Positions 1 to 12,902 of a stretch of 64,000 nucleotides of DNA are shown here, one piece after another. A program made the translations under genes and the position numbers. Location of the stretch: the NCBI RefSeq assembly GCF_018977255.1, contig NW_024704742.1, positions 36,024,001 through 36,088,000 on the forward strand. The letters run 5' to 3'. This stretch comes from Callorhinchus milii (Eukaryota). How positions within the stretch are numbered: position 1 is the stretch's first letter; every line of letters starts with the position of its first letter. Under the pieces are notes generated by a model that saw nothing but the letters and a program-made list of their open reading frames with translations, did not search any database and was not told where the DNA came from.

Positions 1-35
1 TTTTAATTTATGCCCATCATAAATGGGCATCATTG

Positions 36-355
36 GGAGTCCTGTAGCTCAGTGGTTAGAGCACTCGCTTTGCAAGCGAGAGACCTGAGTTCAATTCCAG
101 GCAGGGCGAAACCTTGGGCAAGTTTCCTCACTCCACACACCTAATAATAATCCCCCCAAAACCGAAAACAATAATAAATTGGTCATTTTCAATCTACGAC
201 TGTTTGTGGGACATTGCTGTGCGCAATTGGCTGCCGCGTTGCCCACAAATATACAGTCAATTCACTTTACAGTGTGTTCTGTGAAGTGCTTTGGGACGTC
301 CTCCCTACGTGAAAAGCACTATATCAAATGCAAGGATTATTATTATTATTATTAT
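36..355 (+). mobile_element. Young tRNA-Ala-derived SINE, short variant
   Basis: A box TAGCTCAGTGG, TTTGCAA anticodon-like loop, B box GTTCAATTCC, Deu-like GCTGTGCGCAATTGGCTGCCGCGTT, stem-loop, (ATT)n tail. Confidence 0.9.
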
Positions 356-469
356 CATGAGTGGTACAATGCTCCACAGAGCTGCACACTGTTTGCTTGC
401 AGCACATTTTTTTTTAAACAAACTTACCAACCTGATTGAGGCTGGTGTCCAAAAAAAGCCTCAGAACTT

Positions 470-492
470 TGTGTGTGTGTGTGTGTGTGTGT
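470..492. repeat. (GT)n microsatellite
   Basis: Direct reading. Confidence 0.95.
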
Positions 493-699
493 AAAATTGT
501 GGTGCCCTTGATCCCTTCAATCCAGAATTGCATTTGAGAAATGTTGGGGTGCAAAATATCACTTTGCTTTGCTGCATCAAATGGATAAAACAGCCAATGC
601 AAGACTAAAGGGCTGCCAATTATCATCCTCTATTGCTTTAGTAATCTGTAGATTAAGTTATGCCACAACTTCAGTATAAAATACAGTAACTTAATTTAT

Positions 700-1982
700 A
701 CACTTGGTGACATAAGGAGCAAGTCTTCAGTATTTACAAAGTCCTCATTTGAAAACCACATAAATTAAAAAATACACTTCTAATCAATCTCGACTGATAA
801 AATGCATTACAATGTGCACATAAAAGTATAAATTATATACATAAGATAAGTTAACCACAATACAATGACTGGTCTTATTTAAAGAAATGGTACAAAAAGA
901 TAATGGCAGAACTAACCAGCCACCCATCAAAGTCTCGGTCTGACAAAAGCATATGCAGCACTTAGCCAGTGAATCACTGTCATTGCAGACTTTCTGCACC
1001 ATGCTCATTACCTTTTATAGTTTTGTGATTTCTATGTGACCCATCTTAAAACATTTTTGTTTAAGTGCTCAGAGCTACTGAAGACAAGTCAAGAGACATC
1101 TAAGAAAATAAGGTTTTGCATAAGTCAGAATTTTGATGTGACTCACTGATGATTAAAAAATTGTTGGGCGCTTGACTTATTATTTACAGTCTTGTCAAAT
1201 TGATCCTGTGCGGATCCTGCAGAGCCACTACAAACATTGCTGCTGCTTGCAAAGTAGCTCTATTTTTGCCTCTGTGATAATGTGTGAAAGTCGCCAAAAA
1301 TGCTCTTTTAAATCCTACACACACACGCCCCGCCCCCCCACCCCCCAATACACAAATAAAATGCATTCTACCATTTTTGTTATCTAAAACTCAACAAAGA
1401 CTTGAACAGAAGAGACTAACACTGAATCAAGGGCTATTTACAACGTGTTTCTATGTAAACAGTTTGGTCATGGGTTTTTGGCTATCTACCCACATTTAAA
1501 CAAATCTATTTGCATTCCAACACTACTTATGTGTGACCATTGTCGTCAACTTCATTACAATAGCAATGAGTTGGCTAACCAGCAGCAAACTCAGGGTTCA
1601 CGTTTTATTTTAAAAAAGAAAGAGCAGGCCAGGTGCATGCTCAACAGATAGTTCTGAGGTGTCGTCTGAAACAGCAGCAAATAGTCAACTGCAAACCCTA
1701 GGGTTCAATCCGCCAACTTGATAGCTAACACCAAGATGGAGAACCATATTCTTAGATTCAAATTAGCTAAGATCAAGCTGGACAATATAAAGTACACACT
1801 TCAATTTGCTCTGGAGTCGATGAAACATGGTCCTCCAATGTCTGTTTTGCTCTCACTGAGATCCATCTTCTTTGGTGCTTAACATGGGAGTCCGAACCTG
1901 CTGCACTATCCCATTTCTCAAAGGCCAGTTAGTGCAAAACATGTCACATCTGGAGCCATTTTCACAGTGGTACACATCCACG
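700..1982 (-). other. RASGEF1B: Probable RASGEF1B 3'UTR (distal end uncertain)
   Basis: Repeat-free AU-rich stretch after the stop codon; AATAAA on the minus strand at 1604-1609; three TGTAAATA motifs further downstream. Confidence 0.5.
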
Positions 1983-2007
1983 CTAAACCCTACTTAGGAG
2001 TGTTGAC
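1983..2007 (-). CDS. RASGEF1B: RASGEF1B last coding exon
   Basis: ttttttctcccag|G TCA ACA CTC CTA AGT AGG GTT TAG = (R)STLLSRV*; phase fits the previous exon. Confidence 0.9.
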
Positions 2008-3134
2008 CTGGGAGAAAAAATTAAATACATGTACTGTTGAGTGTGCAATGCAACAGTCAACAACAGGCATACGAGAACAAAGAAAGTACAAGCAATTTTA
2101 AGACCTGTGACAAAAATTAATGGCTCGCAAATTAAGTGAGTAACCAGGAAATTGTTCCAAACCTCTTAGGTGACGCATCACTATAAAATAATTAGTAAAA
2201 TAAGGTAGGTTCGGAGAGTTGACCAGTTTTTTATATTTTTAAATGTCATGTTTTAAAGTCATTAAAATGAACAATAAAATACTCTATCCTCTCTCTCTCC
2301 CCAGCCCCCACTGACTTCTAAATAATGACATAGACCAACCATGGCTGAAAAGCTTGGATGCCAACATCTTTTATTCCAGTTTAACAGGGTCCATTTTCGA
2401 GGGCTGAGCACAGCCTTTCTGAGCACATTCAGAGGATTCTGGCCTAATTCAATCTGGATTATGATAGTATCCCATGAATAAGGACCATTATTTCATTTTT
2501 AAAAAAAAATGTTTTTCACCCATTAATACAGCTATTTTCAGTGAAAGAAAAGCGATAAAATAATTTTCACCCCAAATTTAAATTATGAAATACAAGTTTG
2601 CCCCCCTCCCAAATTGCTGTCTCTATGATTGTGCAAACTCATCCTGAAACTAATATAATGTAATGTTTCCTCAATACTGGAAGTGGCTTTAGAATGTATT
2701 CCTGTTACAGGCTTCACAACCAGGTAGGCTGGAACCAGCTTTCAAGTGTATTCAAAGACCTCAAATGCAATTAGGTCCCCAATGCACCAAGGTACGAGTT
2801 AAGCAGATGTTCCAAAACAAATTCCCAAATTTACTGGGGATAGGGAGGCTATTAGGGTAAAAGTCAGCTTCCTTCTGAATTTCACCGACAAAATAGACCC
2901 GGACACCTCCCCCAAGAGCAATTCTTGAAAATTCTTGAGTTTCTGTTTTGTCAATAAAAAAGTGATTTAATGGTCCTGAGCCCTGAGAGGCCTTTTTCCA
3001 AACTCAGATTTTAGTGAGGCACCTGTTGCTATGATTGAGCCTTAGATTGTCAGTAGCTACCCAGTCCCATCTCTAACCAATTCTGCCCATATAGAGTGAC
3101 AATGTCTTTTTACAGGCTGTTTACTTCTCTAGAC

Positions 3135-3242
3135 CAGTGGTGGCCAGCCCATGGCTCACAGGCTGGAATTGGCATAAATCAAGAAATATTCAATCAATTC
3201 AAATTTGTTTTGTTGGTAGACCACAAAGGATGGCCACTATTG
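3135..3242. mobile_element. Tiny degenerate hAT-type MITE
   Basis: CAGTGGTGGCCAGCC / GGATGGCCACTATTG (12/15); flanks CTCTAGAC and GTGTAGAT. Confidence 0.55.
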
Positions 3243-3321
3243 GTGTAGATTAATCAATGAGTCACATATTATCAGCAAGTTTTATAATTTTCAAAGATAT
3301 GCTTTTTGTATATTCAGCTAC

Positions 3322-3394
3322 CTTAGAGTCTTCCATCTCTCCTTTTCAATATGGTTCTCAGGTCCTTCGCTCTCATAGGAAGCCAAGTAAAGTG
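3322..3394 (-). CDS. RASGEF1B: RASGEF1B coding exon 12
   Basis: cag|CA+LYLASYESEGPENHIEKERWKTL+AG|gtagct; 73 nt. Confidence 0.94.
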
Positions 3395-3930
3395 CTGAGG
3401 AGAAGCAGTGTAAAGACATATATCTGTAACAGCATTGTGCATTAAATGTACAATTCAACTATTTTAATAAAGTTCTCCTATCAATAATCACCCCAAATTA
3501 ACCCCAGGAAAATATGGATAGATTTAAAGCAATGTTAAAACAGTGTTACTGTCCCTCTTCATCCAATCGATTCATATTCAGTGTAATTTAGTTCTTTATA
3601 GTTTTTTATTTATTGCAAACGGAAGTTAGGTTTTAACATTTGAAGATCAGGAAAGCATTTCATGACGCAATGAAATATATTGCTCATTAAAAGTAATTGA
3701 TGTTGGGAACCCAAATATGTAAATAATTTGTATGAAACTAAAATCTTTTATTGCAAAATAGACTTAAAGATACATTTATGAATACTTCTCAGCTTATTTC
3801 TGGAGAACTACAGTAACTAAATAAAAACAGTTTGGGAACATAAAGGTTAACTGCTTATGGGTAAAGGCATGTAACATTAGACCAATATAAACTGGAAACT
3901 CATAGATTTGAATCATGGTCTGTGCTGAGT

Positions 3931-4378
3931 TAATAATAATAATAATAATCCTTACATTTGGCATAGCGCCTTTCATGTCAGGAGTCCCAAAGCACTTCAC
4001 AAGGTGAACTGTAAAGTGCAGCATCTGTGTGTTTTGTGAGCCAATACAGCAGCCAATTTGCACACAGCAATATCCCACAAAGAGTCAATTTTATTTGGGG
4101 GTTCATCGGCCAGGACACCAGGAGAAAGTCCCTTCTCTTTTTGAACAGTGCCATGGAATCTTTAATGTCCACCTGAACAGGCAGACAGGGCTTCAGTTTA
4201 ATATCTTATCTGAAGGACAGTACCTCCAACAATGCAGCACACTCCCAGCAATGCATTGGAGTATCAGCTTAAACTACATGAGCTCCAGACACATGTAGTT
4301 TAAGCTGATACTTCGTCTGAAGTGAATCTGAGTCTGAAGTGAATCTTCAGACTCAGAAGCAAGAGTGCCAGGCTGACA
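3931..4378 (-). mobile_element. Older Deu-type SINE (different tRNA head)
   Basis: Antisense GTCAGCC..GCACTCTTGC..CTGAGTC head, CAGGTGGACATTAAAGATTCCATGGCACT body, Deu-like segment, (ATT)n tail. Confidence 0.75.
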
Positions 4379-4750
4379 TATTTAGCAGATATCTGAGACG
4401 CCACACTGTCAAGGCTCAATTATCAATTGTGATGTACTGTCATCAAAGTCAGAGATTTGAACCCTGTTCTGTGCTGAGTTAGGAGATCTCAGCTTGGGTA
4501 GCCAATGGGCGCTACAATAGACATTACAAAAAGGACATAAATTGGACAAGAAGGGTTGGAAACGATTTTCTCAGAACTAAAGGATATAGTGAATGTTTAA
4601 TTACTTAGACAACAATCAGCCTGTTCTGTGAGCATACATGTAAATGCTAGTGATTGTCAGGGCACAGAGGTAAGTCAATTCACCGTCTCAGAAATGAAAC
4701 CATAACTTAAGTATTTTCTTCATATATTCAGCAGATAAGAATATATATGT

Positions 4751-5069
4751 GGAGTCCTGTAGCTCAGTGGTTAGAGCACTCGCTTTGCAAGCGAGAGACC
4801 TGAGTTCAATTCCAGGCAGGGCGAAACCTTGGGCAAGTTTCCTTACTCCACACGCCTAATAATAATCCCTCCAAAACCAATAATTAAATTGGTCATTTTC
4901 AATCTATGACTGTTTGTGGGACATTGCTGTGCGCAATTGGCTGCCGCGTTCGCCCACAAATATACAGTCAACTCACTTTACAGTATATTCTGTGAAGCGC
5001 TTTGGGACGTCCTCCCGACGTGAAAAGCGCTATATCAAATGCAAGGATTATTATTATTATTATTATTAT
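4751..5069 (+). mobile_element. Young SINE, short variant
   Basis: Near-identical to 36-355; flanking ATATATG repeats. Confidence 0.9.
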
Positions 5070-6186
5070 ATATGATAGGTAAATGCTTCTATTTCATCTG
5101 ATCCAATTTATTTTGAATTTTTATTCCAATAGTTTTATTTAAAGAGGAATTAAAGTTTTTTTTGAAGATACAAGATATAAATTGCACTTTGTCCAAACAA
5201 TAAATCCTACGCAATTAGTTTCACCTGCATTGATGTATTTTTAACAATTGCTCCAATGAGGAACATCCATTTTAAAGGAGTAGATTTTCTGCAGTACTAA
5301 GCTCGGGCTCTGAAAGAAAGACGGCAATAGCACTTGTTGGGAAATAAAAAAGAAAAATCTCCAATTGGTTTGTAAACCACAAACAGACCAATCCCATCAT
5401 CGAAAATAACACTTAAGTATTTCATAGGGAAATAATTGCCTTGTGGTCTGCTCTTTTAAAAGGGCTACATTTGGAAGCTCATGTTGCTATAAAAAGCAAT
5501 CCTCTATCTAATTGTGATAAGATTTTCTTGATCAAATTTGACGTTACAAATAATACATTTTGTGGGTTACCATTTGTCAATTTCTGTTATTCTGAAAGAT
5601 TATAGAGCGAAACGTGTGGCGTTTCATAAAAACAGAAGGTATTCTTCTTTCTATGAAGGGAGGTGTAATGAAACACTGGAATTTCAGCCCAGTTTCCAGT
5701 GTAGCCTTTTAATATTCTAACAAGAGGAAACCCAGTAAATTAGGGTCAGAAGACCTCTTGTCGTTACAGATCCACAGATTGTTCGGGCGCACTTAATATC
5801 AAAAGAAACACAGAGGCTAATGAGGGAAAGTCACTTTAACAAACCTGGTAACTTTCCAAGGGAATATTTGAGTTTCTGAGAAGATGGAGCAGAATTACTA
5901 GACACTGATAAGCCCTGGAGGCCCATTTTAGATTTAATAAGAGGAAGACACTTACAAAATTCTCCTAAAACCCGATAAAGCATTGTAAGCTATTCTGGTG
6001 TGCATTAGGGTTCTCAGATATACTAAGAGGCATGCATTACTGAAATTGTAACTGAAATCATCAATTTATTCAAATGCTACTGCTATAAGATATATGAATA
6101 TAATTGACATATGAATATAATATTGAACTGATTCTATCTTTTGTCTATCATTTAAATGTACAGATTGCGGTACTGGTGTAAGTAGA

Positions 6187-6433
6187 GCGAAACCTTGGGC
6201 AAGTTTCCTTACTCCACACGCCTGATAATAATCCCTCCAAAAACAAAAAACAATAATAAATTGGTCATTTTCAATCCACAACTGTTTGTGGGACATTGCT
6301 GTGCGCAATTGGCTGCCGCTTTTCACCCACGAATATACGGTCAATTCACTTTACAGCATATTCTGTAAAGCGCTTTGAGACGTCTAGAAGACGTGAAAAG
6401 CGTAATATCAAATGCAAGGATTATTATTATTAT
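6187..6433 (+). mobile_element. Young SINE, 5'-truncated
   Basis: Begins at GCGAAACCTTGGGCAAG; (ATT)n tail. Confidence 0.88.
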
Positions 6434-6610
6434 AAGCAATGGATACATTTTTAAAACATTACAAAAAAAATTGTACTTAACACCTCATGCTGAAAGAAAT
6501 TTGGGAAGATTGATTGAGGAATTGCTGCCTTCCTATTTTTTCATTAGAATGGATGCTTTGCACCACCTTGAGACTGCTATCCATTTCCCCCATTGCATTT
6601 GGTGACTTAC

Positions 6611-6734
6611 CATCTTCAGAGAAGACCGGAGCTGTGAGGAGGTACTGAAGGATTTTACGATCACGCTCAAAGGGGCACTCAACTTGTCTCCAGGTCATAA
6701 ACTCACTCACTTGCTTTGCCAGTTCCCAGAATTT
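6611..6734 (-). CDS. RASGEF1B: RASGEF1B coding exon 11
   Basis: cag|KFWELAKQVSEFMTWRQVECPFERDRKILQYLLTAPVFSED+G|gtaagt; 124 nt. Confidence 0.95.
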
Positions 6735-8028
6735 CTGTAGGAAATATATGTCAGGAATCAAACATTACCTCATGCTTCAGATTTTCATATCAATTTTAGG
6801 GCGAGCAGAATTTTTTCTTGGTATCATTTAACACTGAACTCTGCAATCTGGGCAGTAGGTGGAAACAATAGTGCATTGACACTGGCCAAGGGAACATACT
6901 GCATTGGTTAGAGAGGCAGCACTGAACACTACAAGCATGTACTTTACACTGAGCTTCAAATGTGTTCTCTGCAGTGGAAAAACAAGATGTGGAGTCACAG
7001 AGTGGTATACCTCAAGTTCCCTTCTCTACTCAACTGAATTCACGATCTGCGACATTATGTCTCCCTGTGAGAACATAGCTCTCAAGCAACCTACGACCAT
7101 CGGTGAGCGGTGTTCTCATACGTCAACAGGAATTTATAAGGATTATTGGAAATGAAAAGCGAAACTATTTCCCAAGAAGCACTACAGCTCGTGGTGCCTA
7201 GCTTTTAACACTGACAGCACCACAATTATACCAGGGAAGCCACTTACCTGGTAACATGTACACTCATTACTCTCCTAATGTCAAGCAATAAGACTGATGG
7301 CTCCTCATTTAACACATTATGGTGGTCCAGGAGTCTTAAATTGAAAGCTTAAAACAGTAGGAACATGGATACTGCTCTCCCCCCACAAACCATGCTTGGA
7401 CTCCCACTCCATTTTTGTAAAATGTTTTAAGACGTTCTCCTAAATTAGAGGCACCACATAAATGGAAGTTTTTATTGAAAACTACTATTTTTTTGAGCTG
7501 GTCTCATATCCTTTACATTGAAACGAAGCAATCTCAGATCTGTTATTTAAATGCATATTAAGAATTCCACTGTCAACTTTGCATTGATTTGATGAAAAGC
7601 TGAGGTGCACCCAACCTATTAGTGTACCTCTGTCTCTCCGTGCAGCACCCAAAGATCAGATCATTTTATTGCTTTTTCAGCTTTACCTCATCTACAATTC
7701 CTTTGCCACTTTTCATTTCACACTGACACATAATGTTGAAATGAGGTTAAAAGTCTAAAAATGGCTTTTGCGCAGCATTTTAATTATTGAGAATGCTTAA
7801 AAATGCAATCTAATGTTCTAATATTAAATACCATTATGATCCTGTACTACGGTCTTTATAGGCTACTTGACACATTCTATAACTTATGGACCAGTTCAAT
7901 GTTTCTTAACTAAATTAAATTCCATTTATCTTTATTCCCTAGAAAAGTTGAATTCTTCCATATTTTATGATGTTTTGCCTCTGAGCTCTGTTCAACAACA
8001 TTTGCTTACAAAGATTAATTTTGCTCAC

Positions 8029-8124
8029 CTCAAAATTGATGTGCCCATTCATAAGGCGGTTTGCACAGCCCTCGTTTAAAAAGTAAATGTCCTTGATCAA
8101 CAGGCTGAAGAATGGAATGACAAT
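8029..8124 (-). CDS. RASGEF1B: RASGEF1B coding exon 10
   Basis: cag|IVIPFFSLLIKDIYFLNEGCANRLMNGHINFE|gtgagc; 96 nt. Confidence 0.95.
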
Positions 8125-8269
8125 CTGTCCAAACAAAAAAACACAAACACATTGAAGTGAAAGCCAGTTAGTTGTGAGCTTTTGGTAAGAAGTAAGAAGG
8201 TTGTAAAGCATCCAAACAAGAAAACTGCTCTGAAAATACATGACAATTTGCATTTATACAATGCCCTTC

Positions 8270-8800
8270 ACCCGGGGCAGAGTCTCACAGCGCTTAACAG
8301 TAGTGGAGTCTGACACCGAGCCAGAGGTAGGGAGGGAGGGAGGGAGGGAGGGAGGAGATGGCCGTGAGCATTGTCGAAGAGGACTTCAGGTGTGATCTGA
8401 GAAAGGGGAAGGAGGGGCCAAGGCGGAGGGACTGAGGGAAAGAGTTCCAAAGTTTCGGGATGAAGTGGCTAAAAGCACAGATCCCCTTTGGGGGAGTGGA
8501 GGCAATGAGGGACGAGCAGGAGGCCAGAGGTAGTCGGGCAAAGGTGGCACGTGGTGGAGTGTGGAGTAAGCAAGTCAAAGAGTAGCGAGGTTCCAGAGAA
8601 TGATGGGATTTTTAGACGAGCATGAGGATGTTGAAGTCAATCTGTTCTGTAGCAGGTAGCCATGGCGTTTGTGTTTGGGGACAGAGTTTTTGGGATGGAG
8701 TTTAGATCGGATGAATATATGGGTAGCGGAGTTCTGAATTAGTTGGAATTTTGTGGATGATGGGGAGACTCACAAGGAGGGGATTGGAACAATTGAGGTG
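8270..8800 (-). mobile_element. Old L2 3' fragment
   Basis: AFSHFIPKLWNSFPQSLRL similarity to the L2 ORF C-terminus. Confidence 0.7.
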
Positions 8801-9392
8801 GAATTATACAATATAATACAATTTACATAGCACCTTTCATGTTGGGAGGACCTCTCAAAACACTTTCATAGCACGACCAAAAGTGCAGTCAAAGCAGTCC
8901 ATTGGTCTTAAGACCAGCTTTAAAAATAGGCAGGGTCTGATGGACTCTGGGATAGAAATCCAGAAAGCAGGGCAAATAGCTGAAAGCTCGTACAAATAGC
9001 ATGAGTCTTAAGGAGGAAACCCCAAAACTTTGGCTCTGACCCAAAATGGTTTCGAAGTAAAGCTCTTTTTGTTCGGGCATGAGATACATAGGGTTCACTG
9101 TCATGACTCACTTTATCCAACATGACACTTTTCTGCCACTCTTGTAGATATAATATTGTGTTTTTTTCACCATTCAAGCAACTTTTCAACCCAGGTCGCC
9201 TCAGTTAATTGTACATCAGTGATTGTGTCTCTGATGGTGCGGCAGGTCAAAGTGAATGGCTAATAATGGATTACTCCAGTGTATGAAAACACATACAATG
9301 TGACAGAGTGTATCTGCCAGCATTCAATATTTGAATTAATTTTTGAAAAAAGTATTTAGTGTCTAAATTCCTGCAGGATTATACTCAACTCA

Positions 9393-9699
9393 TGTAGCTC
9401 AGTGGTTAGAGCACTCGCCTTGCAAGCAAGACAGCTAGGTCAATTCCAGGCAGGGTAAAACCTTGGGCAAGTTTTCTTACTCCACACGCCTAATAATAAT
9501 CCCTCCAAAACAAAAAACAATAATAAATTGGTCATTTTCAATCCATGATTGTTTGTGGGACATTGCTGTGCGCAATTGGCTGCTGTGTTTCGCCCACAAA
9601 TATACAGTCAATTCACTTTACAGCATATTTTGTGACGTGCTTTGAGACGTCTAGAAGATGTGAAAAGCGCTATATCAAATGCAAGGATTATTATTATTA
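9393..9699 (+). mobile_element. Young SINE, short variant
   Basis: Same head, body and tail as 36-355. Confidence 0.88.
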
Positions 9700-10852
9700 C
9701 AATTACTGTACATCTGCTTCATATACACGGATTCAGACAGCACTCCCAAAGCTTTTAAAAATCAGCATGCTAAAACTAATAGGTTATTGATATGGGTCAT
9801 TCCTTGTACTTCTTTTAAGAAACGTTCAAACACATTTTTCAAGCTTATTCTTCTTTGTTTTTTAATACTGTGTCACCACCGTTTAATCTCCTTCTAAGCT
9901 TCAAAGCTTTGTTTTGGACATGTGATAAGCAGTGCTGGTAACCAAACCTAACCCACATTTAGCAGATACCTTTTCAATTAATTTAGGTTGAGGAGCTATT
10001 GTGAACCAGGGTTACAAATTCCATTCTATAATCATTCAAGCTTTGGTAACCCTGAGATGTAAATTGACAGTATTCAGAAACATCAATGGGAGGAATCAAT
10101 GCATCATATAAATATTGGGATCTGACATGCTTTACATTTTGAAATGTTTAATGTATTGACTATTAAAAATAATAATTCTTGCAAATTTATATAGAGCTTT
10201 TCATGTCTGGAGAACATCTCAAAATGCTTCACTGGATTTACTGTAGACTAAATATTGTAAAGACTGCATTCTGAATCCCAGTAGAAGAAAAGAAAGGCAA
10301 ATGTCTTCAGGAGAGAAAGGTAGTAAAAGTAAATGAATGGAATGGTAAAAGAGACTTTTTTAATTTGGCAGGCTTGTCTATAATTGCATCTGATCAAATG
10401 TTATCTTGGAGACTTGGAAAAATGGAACATTTCTCCAGACTTACTGTTGATATAATCATTTTTTTTGCAAACACCTTAAAAGTCACAAAAAAGAGAGGTT
10501 ATGTTCCTACTGGATCAAGGTGAATAAATTGTCAAAAGAAAGCTGAGGAAATATGTATTCATGTAGTCATACACTCGAGACTGGGAAGTAGGTTGGGTCA
10601 GAGGGGAAAAAGAAAGTTCTTTACTCAGCACTTGCTGTCACAATGCCTCCAGAAAATAAATGATTTAAGAAGTGAGAATTTATTCACTCACCCTGCACAA
10701 ATATCACACTTTAGACATTCCTGATATATAATGCATACAGAACTCCATAGTACATCGTTTAACTCTTTTAGAGTCGGGTCTTATCAGAAACTATGTATCC
10801 TAATGCTGAAGGTACATTTATAAGCTGTCAGCTATGGTTATCTCCCACTTAC

Positions 10853-10948
10853 CTTTTCCCTGTTACTGTGAGCTGTCAGAGACCTCTGTGCTGCTCCTCG
10901 TAGAGCTGTCCTGTAGTTGTAAAAGTTGCTAGAAGGATCCATTTGATG
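10853..10948 (-). CDS. RASGEF1B: RASGEF1B coding exon 9
   Basis: ttttag|HQMDPSSNFYNYRTALRGAAQRSLTAHSNREK|gtaagt; 96 nt. Confidence 0.95.
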
Positions 10949-11028
10949 CTAAAAAAAGTAATGTAGCAAATAATCTTAATAATAATTCCATTTGCATTTA
11001 ATTTTGCAACTAAACCATTAAGAACGCC

Positions 11029-11408
11029 TCAAAATGCTTTACAAAGTTTTAGTGGCCTTGTGTTTTGTAGGTGAACATGGCAGCCAATTATCCCATAAAC
11101 AGCCATGAAGTGAATGACCTTCTTTATCTGGAGGATTGTTTGCCAGGCCTCTTTTCTCTTTTGCAATAATGCCATGGGAGCAAGGTGGGAAATGGAGAAT
11201 AGGCAGGAGTTGGCTAAAGGCAAGTTTAAAGCACACAGATAGGACCTTGGTTCAGCATCTCATCCGAAAGATTGCACCTCCAACATTGCAGCACACACCA
11301 GCACAGCATTGGAGTGTCAGCTTAGACATTATGGGTTTCAATATGGGGCTTGAACCCACAATCTTCTGACTCAAGGGCAAGAGTGCTACCAATTGAAGCT
11401 GGCTGACA
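11029..11408 (-). mobile_element. Older Deu-type SINE
   Basis: Same architecture as 3931-4378, more degenerate. Confidence 0.7.
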
Positions 11409-11601
11409 CATTAATGGTTTATACCTAATATATTCTTTTTTTAATTGACTATTGTTAATTGTTATTACAATTCCCAAATGTGCACAATGAGCTTAAACCT
11501 CTTAAAAGCTTACATCCTCTTAAAACATAGCTGGCTCATAATACAAATGAGAAGTGTTTGTGATGATGACACAACATATTGAAGCACAAGTGCCTGCCTA
11601 C

Positions 11602-11681
11602 CTCCAGAATATCAAACTTGGCAGTTTTGATTTTTGCCCATGTTTTCTTGAGTCTGGAGACAGGGCTCATGTTCATTCCAG
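11602..11681 (-). CDS. RASGEF1B: RASGEF1B coding exon 8
   Basis: tttcag|CT+GMNMSPVSRLKKTWAKIKTAKFDILE|gtaggc; 80 nt. Confidence 0.95.
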
Positions 11682-12902
11682 CTGAAAAAGGGAAAAGAGA
11701 CACATTGAAATTGCTCAGTTCAGTTAATGCATTGCAGGAAGATAAGCAATTTCAATGCAGCATTCCATAAGCTTCACATAAATAGACAGGTTCTTAACCC
11801 ATTTTTTAGAATAGTTTTGCCTTTAATGATATAGTATAAATCTGCTTTACAATAGTATAATTCTGATGCAGTTTAAATCTGCTTTCTCTGGAGGTGGCTG
11901 CAATTAACTCCCAGGGGAGGGTCCATTTCACCTTCTCGAGACAACAGTAATATAAGCGGGTATATTGCCGTATATTATTCATATTATCTGTCATGTGCTA
12001 GGCCTGGGTTCACCCTGCCCCCTACAGGCCACCAATGTGGATATTGCACACCAGGTCCCGTTGTTTTGCCTGTCAGACCATTTTGTCATAAAATTTAAAA
12101 TCACACAATATTTGATTACCAAATTCATTCACAATTTGGTAGCTGGCTTTCCACTTAGCTTAAAAAGAATCAGCTTCAAAATTAAGATTTGTTTGCAGTT
12201 CTGCATGATCTTGAGGCAAAATGATCTTGAGGGTCAAGACTAAGTGGAAATTCAGGCCACGGGCCTGTTGCAAATTGAAACAAATGCACCTGTGGGAGTT
12301 CTCCCTGTGCACTTACATTCAAAGTCTGTGCTTTGGATTTTTGCCTTAATAGACGGAGGAGGAATCTAGGATCAGTGACCCCAGGATATCTCGGAGCTCG
12401 ATCATATTTGAGGTACCTTCGTATATAAACCAAACCACCTCTAAGAAACACTGAGGTATATTGACCTGATAGTCTCTGGTCTCCTGGTTTTAACCAGTAC
12501 ATTGTAATATCTGATATACTGAAAAGACAATTGGTTCCACTTCTTTATTCTCAAATTCTTCATTTAATTGAATGTTAATTATAGGTTCCTATGTATCTTT
12601 TGACAGAATAATGCAGCACAATGCCAGGCAATTATGCAGACACATTAATGGCATCAAGCACCACGAGTCACTTCAGCGCACGGCAACTGTATTATAAATG
12701 ACCCTTATTATCTTGAACACAGTTGATAGGCGATATACACAGAATTAAGTGATATTAATATGTGCAAAAGCAGTTCCCTGTTGTTGAATGAATGCTTTAA
12801 TACCTCTTACACTAGGTCTCTGGCTGCACACTATATATATCAGACTGAAGTGAAGGCGCTGAGTGCTGTTCACAGTTTAGCCCCAACTTTTATATCTAAA
12901 AT

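Noticed and set aside
36..110. tRNA-Ala-like sequence (also at the other SINE heads)
   Set aside because: No complete acceptor stem, and always fused to the same SINE body; not tRNA genes
7160..7190. ZNF143/Staf-like motif ACTATTTCCCAAGAAGCA
   Set aside because: Isolated, gapped match deep in an intron with no promoter context
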